From the IMG/VR virus record IMGVR_UViG_3300005336_000021: 64,000 nucleotides of DNA. One strand, 5' to 3'. Positions 28,296-37,344 of the stretch are shown here, piece after piece (the stretch's first letter is position 1; each line of letters begins with the position of its first letter). The translations under genes were made by a program, and so were the position numbers. The notes beneath the pieces were generated by a model. The model worked only from the letters and a program-made list of their open reading frames with translations, was not told the origin of the DNA and did no database searches. Source of the DNA: an uncultured virus (IMG/VR IMGVR_UViG_3300005336_000021) (Duplodnaviria; Heunggongvirae; Uroviricota; Caudoviricetes).

Positions 28296-28913
28296 ATGAA
28301 ACTGAATAAGTCAGCTGCCATTGCTTTCTTCGTCGCCCTCGGATTCAGCAAAGCCAAAGGGTGGGATGAAAGTCAATTGCAAAGTCGGGCCAACGTGGTA
28401 TCCGAGAAGGTCACAGCCGAAACTGCCGCCGAAAAAGGGGTGAGCGAACTCTACGCCAAGCTCGCCGAGGCGAAGGGTCAAGTCGAAATCGTCGCCGATG
28501 AGGGAGAAGCCGAGAAGCCGGCCAAAGCAGCCAAAGCCGAGAAGCCGGCCAAAGCCGAGAAGCCCGCGAAGGCTGAAAAGGCTGAAAAGCCCGCGAAGGC
28601 CGAGAAGGCCGAGAAGGCTGAAAAGGAGAAGAAACCCAAAGCCGAGAAAAAGGAGAACGGCAAAGTGGAGAAGGATGCCTTCGGTTGCACCAAGGGTTCG
28701 ATCAGCGCGAAGGTGAATGCGGTCCTGAGCGAAGACTGGGTCACCGAGCAGGCTGTCGCCGAGAAGGCAGGTGTCACGCTCGACCAAGCTCGCGGTCGCC
28801 TCTACTACGCCTCCGAAGAGAAGGTGGGTATCCTGGAACGCCGCCGGCTCATCCAGTATCGGATCAAGCCGAGGTCGGCCAAAGCAGCCAAGACCAGCAA
28901 GAGCAAGGACTGA
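28296..28913 (+). CDS. Histone-like AKAEKP-repeat protein with C-terminal wHTH
   Basis: (K)AEKPA repeats; DAFG..GS.SA.VN..L. Confidence 0.7.
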   Translation: MKLNKSAAIAFFVALGFSKAKGWDESQLQSRANVVSEKVTAETAAEKGVSELYAKLAEAKGQVEIVADEGEAEKPAKAAKAEKPAKAEKPAKAEKAEKPAKAEKAEKAEKEKKPKAEKKENGKVEKDAFGCTKGSISAKVNAVLSEDWVTEQAVAEKAGVTLDQARGRLYYASEEKVGILERRRLIQYRIKPRSAKAAKTSKSKD

Positions 28914-29020
28914 TCGCGTGCGAGATTCGCGTTCTCTCGCATTAGACGCTTAGACCTGTAGCAGAGCCGCGTAGGACCATTCCTACGCGGCTCAAACGCG
29001 AAAGACGCAGATAACAACCT

Positions 29021-29464
29021 GTGCAAACCGTAACCAAAACCTATCAGGATCTCCCAGCCGCACACCGCCAACACAACCACAGCGGTCATTGTCGTCTGAT
29101 TCACGGTCACAACTGGCGCTTCGACATCACCTTCGCTTGCGACACTCTTGACGAATGTGGGTTCGTCATTGACGTGGGCAAGCTGGAGAACGTGAAGCAT
29201 TTCTTGGAGACTACCTTCGACCATACCCTGCTGCTCAACTCAGACGATCCTACCCTCACCGACCTCTGTTTCAGTTTGAAACATCTCGCCGACATCGTCA
29301 CCGTTCCCAATTGCGGGATGGAAGGACTGGCCCGATTTGTCCAAGCTGAAGTAGAGAATATCATCAGGAAGCCAGCAGGCGCCAAAGAGCGCGGTTTGGT
29401 GGTGAGCGAAGTGACCTGCTGGGAAGACTCAAAGAACCGGGCAACCTACCTATTTGGCAAATGA
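29021..29464 (+). CDS. queD: 6-carboxy-tetrahydropterin synthase
   Basis: AAHR...HCRLIHGHNW, FDHTLL, CWEDSKN. Confidence 0.9.
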   Translation: MQTVTKTYQDLPAAHRQHNHSGHCRLIHGHNWRFDITFACDTLDECGFVIDVGKLENVKHFLETTFDHTLLLNSDDPTLTDLCFSLKHLADIVTVPNCGMEGLARFVQAEVENIIRKPAGAKERGLVVSEVTCWEDSKNRATYLFGK

Positions 29465-30159
29465 CCCAAATCCTGCCGATCCACGAAATCTTTCACACGT
29501 TTCAGGGAGAGGGTCAATGGATGGGCTCCTCAGCTTTCTTCGTGAGGACGTTTGGATGCCCCGTTCAGTGCCCGTGGTGCGATAGCGCGGGCACCTGGCA
29601 CCCCAATTGGGTGCCGAAAGAGATCCAGCGAATGTCAGTCGAGGATATCGTCAAAGCAGTGATGGTTTCCTTCGCTCCAATTGTCGTTGTCACCGGCGGA
29701 GAGCCTGCTGTGCATGACCTAGAGTTCCTAGTGAACGCTCTTCACGCTCTAGCCTCTGTCCGAGTCCACTTGGAAACCAGCGGAGGATTCCCCATCAAAG
29801 GCGACTTCGATTGGGTCACACTCAGTCCGAAGAAGTGGGGACCACCGTTGAAAGAGAATGTGATAGTGGCAAGTGAATTTAAGATCATCGTTGAGGAGAA
29901 GGACGACATCAGACTCTATCTAGACATGCTCACCACGAGAGGGATGACACCCAAGGACACCCGGCCGATATGGCTTCATCCAGAGTGGAGCAAGCGAGAG
30001 GATCCAGTCGTCCTCGGTGCCATCGCCGACGCTGCAAAGCACGGCAGGGGATTCCTTCGTGCGGGCTGGCAACTCCACAAGCTCTACCGGGTCGATTCTC
30101 GCGATACCAGAACCCAACCGCTAGTCCCGCTCGGAGGCGATCTGAGGAAAGGCTATTGA
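29461..30159 (+). CDS. queE: 7-carboxy-7-deazaguanine synthase (radical SAM)
   Basis: EIFHTFQGEG, GCPVQCPWCDS, VTGGEP, LETSG, LSPK. Confidence 0.92.
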   Translation: MTQILPIHEIFHTFQGEGQWMGSSAFFVRTFGCPVQCPWCDSAGTWHPNWVPKEIQRMSVEDIVKAVMVSFAPIVVVTGGEPAVHDLEFLVNALHALASVRVHLETSGGFPIKGDFDWVTLSPKKWGPPLKENVIVASEFKIIVEEKDDIRLYLDMLTTRGMTPKDTRPIWLHPEWSKREDPVVLGAIADAAKHGRGFLRAGWQLHKLYRVDSRDTRTQPLVPLGGDLRKGY

Positions 30160-30744
30160 ATGTTTCTACCGTCCGACCACGACATCGTCATCAATCTTCT
30201 CAAGTTCATTGGTGAAAATCCTGACCGGGAAGGATTAAAAGAGACCCCATCGAGAGTGCTCAAATCGTGGATGGAGATGACACAAGGATACAAGCAGAAG
30301 CCTGAAGAGATTCTAACCAAAGACTTCTACGTAGGTCCCTACGATGAGATCATCGGCCTTCCTTGGATTGAATTCTGTTCAAATTGTGAGCATCATCTCC
30401 TGCCTTTCATGGGAGCTGCTCACGTGGCTTACCTTCCTTCTCTTCCAAATCCTCGGGTGGTTGGTGTGTCGAAGCTTGCGCGGTTGGTTGACTGCTTTGC
30501 TCGCCGGCTTCAAGTCCAAGAGAGGATGGCGATCCAGATAGCAGACGCGATGGAAGAACATCTCAAGCCGCGTGGAGTCGCTGTGGTGATTCAAGCAAAG
30601 CACCTCTGCATGGCTTGTCGCGGTGTCCAGAAACATCAACCTGTCATGATCACCAGTGCCATGCGAGGCGTGTTCAGGGATGAAGGACCTGCGCGAGCCG
30701 AATTCTTTCGACTGGTAGAACTCACCCGGCCCAATGGAAGATAA
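30160..30744 (+). CDS. folE: GTP cyclohydrolase I
   Basis: [41 protein letters not shown]. Confidence 0.95.
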   Translation: MFLPSDHDIVINLLKFIGENPDREGLKETPSRVLKSWMEMTQGYKQKPEEILTKDFYVGPYDEIIGLPWIEFCSNCEHHLLPFMGAAHVAYLPSLPNPRVVGVSKLARLVDCFARRLQVQERMAIQIADAMEEHLKPRGVAVVIQAKHLCMACRGVQKHQPVMITSAMRGVFRDEGPARAEFFRLVELTRPNGR

Positions 30745-31741
30745 GAAAATCCATTCAGAATCCATCTTCGTTGACTCCGGCGCTCACACGATTTACAACC
30801 TTGAGACGCTGAAGCTTGGGAAGGAAGACCGGCAGTCAAAGAACCCGAATTTCAAGGGTCGCAGAGGTCACAATCTGCTGGACAAGCCTCCGGTGAGATG
30901 GAGCCAAGGGGACTTCTCATACTTCGATCTCAGCAAGGGATCTGAGTTCCGTCAATACTGCGACCGATACGCAAGCTTCATCAAACGATTTAGCAACAGA
31001 GGGATATTCTTCGCCAACGTGGACGCAATTTCCAATCCTGACTTGACTTGGCAGATCCAGAAGTATTTCGAAGATGAGCACGGAGTGGTTCCGATTCCCA
31101 TTGTTCACTTTGGAACGCCGATGGGCTACGTGGACCGGTATCTCAACGAAGAGAAGTATGACATTCTCGGCGTAGGTGGGCTAGGGCAGGGTGTCAGCAG
31201 ACATGAATACTTCTCATGGGCCGACACGTTCTTCACTCACATCTGCCCTGAATCAAACGACAGGAAGCCTATCATCAAGACGCACGGCTTCGCAATGACG
31301 TCATGGGAATTGATTTGTCGCTACCCTTGGTGGTCGGTGGATTCAGCTACATGGGTGAAACTCTCAGCCTACGGATGGCTCTACATCCCACGCTGGAACA
31401 AGCGGCAGGGATTCAGGTTTGACTGTCCGCCGATGATGGTGAACTTCTCCTTCCGGTCACCCAGGAAGAAGGAGCGGCAGAAGCACTTCGACAACGCCAC
31501 CGAAGAGGTTAGAGAGACTTCGCTGAGATGGCTCAAACATATCGGACTAGAGATGGGATCGGTGGACGATGAGGGAGAGGTGAAGGTATTTGGGGTATCG
31601 TCCCACCACCGCGCCAGGAGCACCGCCAACCTGCGATATCTCATAGATCTACAGGACAGTCGACCAAAGTGGCCTTGGGCGTTAGATAATAGCATTGTAG
31701 AACAGCAATCAGTCAAATACAATCGCGGTTTCGGACTATGA
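30734..31741 (+). CDS. dpdA: DpdA-like DNA 7-deazaguanine transglycosylase (TGT fold)
   Basis: [40 protein letters not shown]; coupled to folE. Confidence 0.75.
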   Translation: MEDKKIHSESIFVDSGAHTIYNLETLKLGKEDRQSKNPNFKGRRGHNLLDKPPVRWSQGDFSYFDLSKGSEFRQYCDRYASFIKRFSNRGIFFANVDAISNPDLTWQIQKYFEDEHGVVPIPIVHFGTPMGYVDRYLNEEKYDILGVGGLGQGVSRHEYFSWADTFFTHICPESNDRKPIIKTHGFAMTSWELICRYPWWSVDSATWVKLSAYGWLYIPRWNKRQGFRFDCPPMMVNFSFRSPRKKERQKHFDNATEEVRETSLRWLKHIGLEMGSVDDEGEVKVFGVSSHHRARSTANLRYLIDLQDSRPKWPWALDNSIVEQQSVKYNRGFGL

Positions 31742-31911
31742 CAGCAAACCAAATTCAAAGAGCAATTGAAACAATTCAAACGGCTCTTGATGACTTTGGC
31801 GGTGGAACCATTCACATCACTCCAGAGGGTGTTTCTGTAGACAATGAGGAAGCTGATGTCCTCTTGGATGAAGGAACTGCTGAGCAAGCCACTAGAATTC
31901 TTAAACCATGA
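31738..31911 (+). CDS. Hypothetical 57-aa protein (not in ORF track)
   Basis: ATGA overlaps at both ends. Confidence 0.5.
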   Translation: MTANQIQRAIETIQTALDDFGGGTIHITPEGVSVDNEEADVLLDEGTAEQATRILKP

Positions 31912-32210
31912 AAGCCTATCAAGAACCCAAATATCGTGTCTCCATACCAGATGGGGCCCTAGTCAATCGGCAAAGTGGTGAGGCTATTCCTGATGACGAG
32001 CCCGTGTTCATCCTCAGGGCGCGTGACATTCACGCCCACGCCGTCCTGGTTCACTATTCCACCATCTGTGTTGAACCCGCTCACCGTGAGGCCGTCAGGA
32101 TGAGAGCAGCTCAATTCGCCAACTGGGCCCTCCAACACAGAGCCAGGATGAAGGAACCTGACACCCAAATGGACCAGGGCTGGTCTGCGTCTGGCACTCC
32201 GAATCCGTAA
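31908..32210 (+). CDS. Hypothetical protein
   Basis: PDDEPVFILRARD motif. Confidence 0.65.
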   Translation: MKAYQEPKYRVSIPDGALVNRQSGEAIPDDEPVFILRARDIHAHAVLVHYSTICVEPAHREAVRMRAAQFANWALQHRARMKEPDTQMDQGWSASGTPNP

Positions 32211-32392
32211 TGGATGAGCCCTTAACAAAGGAGAAGAAGATGAGACCCGTATGCCCTATCTGTAGGGGATATGGTGAGGTCTGTCTTCATTGCACAGAGC
32301 CCTCAAATTCCTGTAGGTGTGATGTCCCTCATTACACCAGGTGCAGACCTTGCTCTGGAACCGGCTTTAGGGAGGAGGACGACCATCGATGA
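32210..32392 (+). CDS. Small Cys-rich protein
   Basis: CPICRG..C..C..C.C..CRPCSGTG. Confidence 0.5.
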   Translation: MDEPLTKEKKMRPVCPICRGYGEVCLHCTEPSNSCRCDVPHYTRCRPCSGTGFREEDDHR

Positions 32393-32577
32393 GAATCTAC
32401 TTCAGTGGCGGGGGTGGGCTGGTGGACACTCCCGAAGTCCTCCTTCCTGATCGTAAACCTCACATCATGCTGACGTTCCACCAGATCTCCCAGAAACAAA
32501 CATCGGCGACAGACCGATTAAAAGCATACCTGAAACGAAAGAAGAATGAAAATAAACAGAGAAAACTTCCTGCGTGA
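32389..32577 (+). CDS. Small protein resembling the DpdA-family N-terminus
   Basis: MRIYFSG...HIMLTF. Confidence 0.5.
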   Translation: MRIYFSGGGGLVDTPEVLLPDRKPHIMLTFHQISQKQTSATDRLKAYLKRKKNENKQRKLPA

Positions 32578-33592
32578 CCTGTCAATGGTTAAAGCCGGCC
32601 TGTCGCCGAGGGAATTCATCGAGCAGAGTTCCTGCTTGGTATTCCAGAACGGGCAGGTGATGACATTCAACGATGAGGTTGCCTGCCGGAAAGAGATTGA
32701 AGGGCTCAACTTCACCGGCGCCATCCAAGCCAACTCCCTCTTTGACATCTTAGAGAAGCTGGAGGATCCAGAGCTGGAGGCGACCGAGAATGACCGAGGT
32801 GAACTCGAGTTCAGGGGCAAGCGCAAGAAGTTCGGCATCACCAAGGATGCCGAGATCTTCCTGCCCATCGACAAAGTTGAGATCCCAAGCAAGTGGCACA
32901 AGCTACCTGAAGAGTTCACAGAGGCTATCAAAGTCGTCCAACACTGTGTCAGCACAGACGAGAGCAAGTTCCTGCTCACTTGCGTGCATCTCCATCCGGA
33001 CCACGTGGAAGCCTGCGATAACCTCCAGATCATGCGAGTCAGGTTCGAGACAGGACTGCCCAAGCCAATGCTGGCCCGTGGCACGTCCATTGCTCATGTT
33101 GCCGATCTTGAGATGAATCAGATTGCGATGACCAAAGCCTGGATCCACTTCAAGAACGAGAAGGGGTTGATGTATTCATGCCGTCGGCACAATGACGAGT
33201 ATCCCATCCTCGACAAGCTCATCCAGTTTGAGGGTCATCCCATCAAGCTCACCAAAGGCCTTGCCGCAGCGAGCGACAGGGCAGCAATCTTCGCAATGGA
33301 CAAGTCAGGCGACCCTCTAGTTAAGGTCACGATCAAGCCCGGCATGGTGCGAGTGATGGGGCAGGGATTGACGGGCTGGTATAAGGAAGTGAAGAAAGTA
33401 ACCTACGAAGGGCCGGCGATGGAATTCGTGATCGCTCCTGACCTCCTGAAATACATCAGTGAAAAATACACTGACGCGCAAATCATCCAGGGCAAGCAGA
33501 GCAAGCTGAAGGTCGTCGGAGGGAGCTGGGAATACGTCACCGTCTTAGGACGGCCAGAAGAGGACAAAAAAGATGACAACGAGAAAGATTGA
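32546..33592 (+). CDS. Sliding clamp (DNA pol III beta-like)
   Basis: MKINRENF..., VSTDESKFLLTCVHL, EACDN, EYP; 348 aa. Confidence 0.75.
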   Translation: MKINRENFLRDLSMVKAGLSPREFIEQSSCLVFQNGQVMTFNDEVACRKEIEGLNFTGAIQANSLFDILEKLEDPELEATENDRGELEFRGKRKKFGITKDAEIFLPIDKVEIPSKWHKLPEEFTEAIKVVQHCVSTDESKFLLTCVHLHPDHVEACDNLQIMRVRFETGLPKPMLARGTSIAHVADLEMNQIAMTKAWIHFKNEKGLMYSCRRHNDEYPILDKLIQFEGHPIKLTKGLAAASDRAAIFAMDKSGDPLVKVTIKPGMVRVMGQGLTGWYKEVKKVTYEGPAMEFVIAPDLLKYISEKYTDAQIIQGKQSKLKVVGGSWEYVTVLGRPEEDKKDDNEKD

Positions 33593-33595
33593 CCT

Positions 33596-34291
33596 ATGCC
33601 TAACTCGATGGACAGTGTGGAGAAGACTCTCACGCGTCATTTTGCAACTCTCACCAAAGAAGAGTTCGCCTATGACGGTAAGACTTACACCCCAAAGATT
33701 CTAATTGTTTCACCTCTCCTTCTCAGGGGAGTCAGTTGTCCGCCCGGCTGCGGCGGGTGTTGCAGACGGTTCACCTTAGATTGGTTGCCTTCCGAGAGGG
33801 AGAAGCTGATCGAATATGGCTACCCAATGGAACGGGTGAAAGAGAGAATGATTGAATTCAATGGGAAGAGTATTCCAATCCTTTCCGATCTCCAAGAGGA
33901 CCACCAAAGCTACTGGTGCCGGAACCTCAATCCGAAGGACGGTCGGTGTGGCGTGCATGAATTCTCTCCCTTTTCATGCGACTTTGAATTGATCAGGACC
34001 ATCCAAACCAGAGAAGACCTCCCCAATCGACTCACGCAGAAGCTCTTCGGACGGGGCTGGGCGATGAAGCGGATCGTGGATGGGAAGAGAGGTTCCATGT
34101 GCTCTATGCTTCCGGTGACAAAGGAGTCTATCCAAAGCGTGATCAGAAGATTGGGTAGATTCATAGACTGGGCAAATCACTTCGGCATCAAAACCTGGGC
34201 TCCAGAAATCATCAGGATTGTTCAATCGAAGAGGCTCAACTCCCAAATCGAATTGAATCCAAATCCACACAAACTTGGATTTGGATTATGA
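33596..34291 (+). CDS. YkgJ/FliB-like Cys-cluster protein
   Basis: CPPGCGGCC, CRNL...GRCGVHEFSPFSC. Confidence 0.7.
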   Translation: MPNSMDSVEKTLTRHFATLTKEEFAYDGKTYTPKILIVSPLLLRGVSCPPGCGGCCRRFTLDWLPSEREKLIEYGYPMERVKERMIEFNGKSIPILSDLQEDHQSYWCRNLNPKDGRCGVHEFSPFSCDFELIRTIQTREDLPNRLTQKLFGRGWAMKRIVDGKRGSMCSMLPVTKESIQSVIRRLGRFIDWANHFGIKTWAPEIIRIVQSKRLNSQIELNPNPHKLGFGL

Positions 34292-34497
34292 AATATGCGG
34301 AATGCGATAACTGTGGAGCGAAGGACGATGCGAGCTATGGTAAGGGACCGATCCTTGTAGCTGGCCTAGTAATTCAGGTCAGGAAAGAAGATGGCGACGG
34401 AATCTCGGTTGAACTTGAAGTCTGCGAGAAGTGCAGGGAAGCAATTCTCGAGGCGTTCCCAGATTTGTGGAAAGCCATCAACAAAACGACAACATGA
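34288..34497 (+). CDS. Small Zn-binding protein
   Basis: CDNCG...EVCEKC. Confidence 0.6.
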   Translation: MKYAECDNCGAKDDASYGKGPILVAGLVIQVRKEDGDGISVELEVCEKCREAILEAFPDLWKAINKTTT

Positions 34498-35963
34498 ATC
34501 TCCAACTCAGCGAAGAGAATGTCATCGCCTCTGTCGTCAAAGAGTCATTCTTTGAATTCCTGAAAGAGTTCTGGGAGGTGATCGTCGAAGAGGAACCTGT
34601 GTTCAACTGGCACGTGAAGTTCCTTTGCGACGAGCTTCAGACGGTCGCAGAGAGAGTGTTTGCTGGCAAGTCCAAAGAATATGACCTCGTCATCAACGTG
34701 CCGCCCGGCAGCACAAAGTCAACCATCTGTTCGCAAGCCTTTCCGGCGTGGTGCTGGACGCGGATGCCCTCAGCTAAGTTCATCTGCGGGTGCTACGCTC
34801 ACCCTGTCGCGCTAAAGGACTCACTAAAGACACGTGACATCGTCCAATCTGAAAAGTATAAGAGATGCTTTGACATCCAGCTTCGAGAGGACGAGAACAC
34901 CAAAGGTCTCTTCACCAACACTAGCATGGGCTTCAGGTTGTCCGTCGGAGTCGGTGGATTGGTGACGGGGTTTCACGGTCACTTCCTCATCGTTGACGAT
35001 CCAATCAACCCTGAAGAGTCCTTCAGCGAAGTTGAGCTGAAGGCTACTAACCGCTGGATGAGGACTACTCTGCTGTCAAGGAAAGTCGACAAGAAGGTAA
35101 CTCCCTTGATTCTCATTCAGCAGAGACTTCACCAGGCTGATCCTTCCGGAGAGGTGTTAGAGCGAGCGAAGACCAAAGGGAACGCGAAGAGTGTGAGGCA
35201 CATCTGCCTGCCGGGTGAAATCACAAAGAATGTCTCTCCCCCAGAGGTTGTTGGTTTCTACAAGGAAGGGCTGCTCGACCCGATCAGATTGCCGAGGACT
35301 GTCCTGGAAGAATTGATGGAGGATCTAGGTGCTTACGGCTATGCCAGCCAAATCCTTCAGGAGCCCGTCCCATTGGGCGGTGGAATGTTTGAGGTCGACA
35401 AGATCCACATCATGGATGAGGCACCTCCACCCAAACACTTCGTGAAGATTGTCAGGTCATGGGACAAAGCAGGCACGCAAGACGCAGGGATGTTCTCGGT
35501 GGGAGTGAAGATGGGTGTGGACAAAGACAAGCGATACTGGATTCTTGATGTCCGACGCGGGCAGTGGGGAAGTCACAAGCGCGAGGAGATGATCAAATCT
35601 ACTGCCCAGGACGACGGATACGATATTGAAGTCCTTGTTGAAATTGAAGGTGGCAGCGGTGGAAAAGAGTCAGGTGAAAACACAGTCATCAACCTCGCAG
35701 GTTCTCGCGTCCTTGCCTACCACCCTACGGGCGACAAGGAAGCTCGTGCCTACCCACTCTCATCTCAAGTCGGCGCTGGAAACGTCTATTGCCTCAACCG
35801 GCGCTGGACTGAAGCATTCATCGAAGAGCTCAAACACTTCCCTGCCTCGCGATACAAGGATCAGGTCGACGCGGTCGCAGCCGCTTTCAACCGGATCGCC
35901 CGCAAGCGGAGAAGGGTAGGAGGGGCTTGGAGTGTGAACACGAGAGGGAATAAAGCGGCATGA
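34494..35963 (+). CDS. Terminase large subunit
   Basis: INVPPGSTKS, LIVDDP, IQQRLH, RSWDKA, KDQVDA. Confidence 0.92.
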   Translation: MNLQLSEENVIASVVKESFFEFLKEFWEVIVEEEPVFNWHVKFLCDELQTVAERVFAGKSKEYDLVINVPPGSTKSTICSQAFPAWCWTRMPSAKFICGCYAHPVALKDSLKTRDIVQSEKYKRCFDIQLREDENTKGLFTNTSMGFRLSVGVGGLVTGFHGHFLIVDDPINPEESFSEVELKATNRWMRTTLLSRKVDKKVTPLILIQQRLHQADPSGEVLERAKTKGNAKSVRHICLPGEITKNVSPPEVVGFYKEGLLDPIRLPRTVLEELMEDLGAYGYASQILQEPVPLGGGMFEVDKIHIMDEAPPPKHFVKIVRSWDKAGTQDAGMFSVGVKMGVDKDKRYWILDVRRGQWGSHKREEMIKSTAQDDGYDIEVLVEIEGGSGGKESGENTVINLAGSRVLAYHPTGDKEARAYPLSSQVGAGNVYCLNRRWTEAFIEELKHFPASRYKDQVDAVAAAFNRIARKRRRVGGAWSVNTRGNKAA

Positions 35964-36142
35964 AAACGATTCAAATCAGCGACGGTAGCTTCAAGATGCT
36001 AGAAGAGATGTGCAAGAGCTACTACGTGGTTAAAGGGGAGAAACCTGCGGACCCCAACAAGATCGTAGAGAGGATGATCAATGACGAGTGGAATAACTAC
36101 TCTCCACCGGAGTATCAAACCCCAGGATTTGATCGCCAATGA
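35960..36142 (+). CDS. Hypothetical protein
   Basis: ATGA overlaps. Confidence 0.5.
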   Translation: MKTIQISDGSFKMLEEMCKSYYVVKGEKPADPNKIVERMINDEWNNYSPPEYQTPGFDRQ

Positions 36143-37344
36143 GAGGATTCTTCTCATCCTCTACCGTTCAACGCGACAGCCCTGGGACTCTAATACCGCG
36201 TTGCGGGGCTTGCGGACTCTTCAAGACTTGCGAGTCTCCCAAGATGAAGCCCTACGGGAAAGGGAAGATGGGAATTCTCGTCGTAGGCGAAGCACCTGGG
36301 CAAACAGAGGATGAAGAGGGCCGACCATTCGTCGGCAAGGCTGGACAGCATCTGCGGCAAGTCTTGGGTGAGATCGGCATAGACCTGGACCGAGATGCGT
36401 GGACAACTAATGCCCTTATATGTCGCCCACCCAAAAACAAAACGCCTGACTCAAACCAGATCTCGCATTGTCGGCCCAACCTCCTCAACACGATCAGGGA
36501 ATACCAACCGCAGGTTGTCATCACGCTCGGCCGGTCGGCGCTGGACAGCATTCTCCCTCAGTATTGGAAAGGCGACATTGGGCCGATGGAACGATGGGCA
36601 GGTTGGCGAATCCCACTCCCGGACTTCTGGCTCTGCCCAACTTTCCATCCCTCTTACCTGCTACGGATGAAGAATTCGCTCATGGATCGTCTCTTCGACA
36701 ATCACCTCACCATGGCATTCGGAATCTCGATCGCTCCACCTGAGCAGACCAATTGGAGTGAGAAAGTTCAAGTCCTTTACGACGAGAAAGAGATTTGCAG
36801 AGAGATCCAGGGGGCTCACGATTCCGCCTTATCGAAGGACGGTTGCAACGGATGGCTCGCGGTAGATTATGAAACGAACTGTCTCAAACCGGAGTGGCCA
36901 GAAGCGAAGATATTCTCCTGCGCGATTTCCAACGCCCACCGGACCATCAGCTACCCCTGGGTTGGTGAGGCAATCGCTGCGACAGGGAAGCTCCTCAAGT
37001 CAAACCGGACGAGAAAGATCGCGTCAAACCTCAAAATGGAAGAGCGTTGGACGTTGATGGAATTCGGTCACGGGGTCAGCAATTGGAATTGGGATACGAT
37101 GATCGCTGCTCATTGCCTCGACAACCGGCCCGGCATCTGCGGGCTGAAGTTCCAAATGTTCGTGAAGATGGGAGTCTGCTCCTACAATGAATCTGTCGAA
37201 CCCTACCTGGAGAACAGGAACGGACCCTACAATCGAATTGGTGAGATTTCATGGAAGGACCTGCTGCTCTACGGTGGTATAGACGCCCTTGGAGAATATA
37301 AGCTCGCAATGATCCAGCGAAAAGAGATGGGCTATGAAGATTGA
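36139..37344 (+). CDS. Uracil-DNA glycosylase family-4 domain + 3'-5' exonuclease (N-part of SPO1-type polymerase)
   Basis: GEAPG..ED..GRPFVGKAG, CRPP.N, TFHPSY; Exo DYET, NLKME, YGGID. Confidence 0.85.
   Translation: MRGFFSSSTVQRDSPGTLIPRCGACGLFKTCESPKMKPYGKGKMGILVVGEAPGQTEDEEGRPFVGKAGQHLRQVLGEIGIDLDRDAWTTNALICRPPKNKTPDSNQISHCRPNLLNTIREYQPQVVITLGRSALDSILPQYWKGDIGPMERWAGWRIPLPDFWLCPTFHPSYLLRMKNSLMDRLFDNHLTMAFGISIAPPEQTNWSEKVQVLYDEKEICREIQGAHDSALSKDGCNGWLAVDYETNCLKPEWPEAKIFSCAISNAHRTISYPWVGEAIAATGKLLKSNRTRKIASNLKMEERWTLMEFGHGVSNWNWDTMIAAHCLDNRPGICGLKFQMFVKMGVCSYNESVEPYLENRNGPYNRIGEISWKDLLLYGGIDALGEYKLAMIQRKEMGYED

Noticed and set aside
30734..31741. tRNA-guanine transglycosylase / queuosine auxiliary metabolic pathway
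   Set aside because: No Zn-binding TGT motif, no tRNAs seen; motif set and replication context fit DNA-acting DpdA
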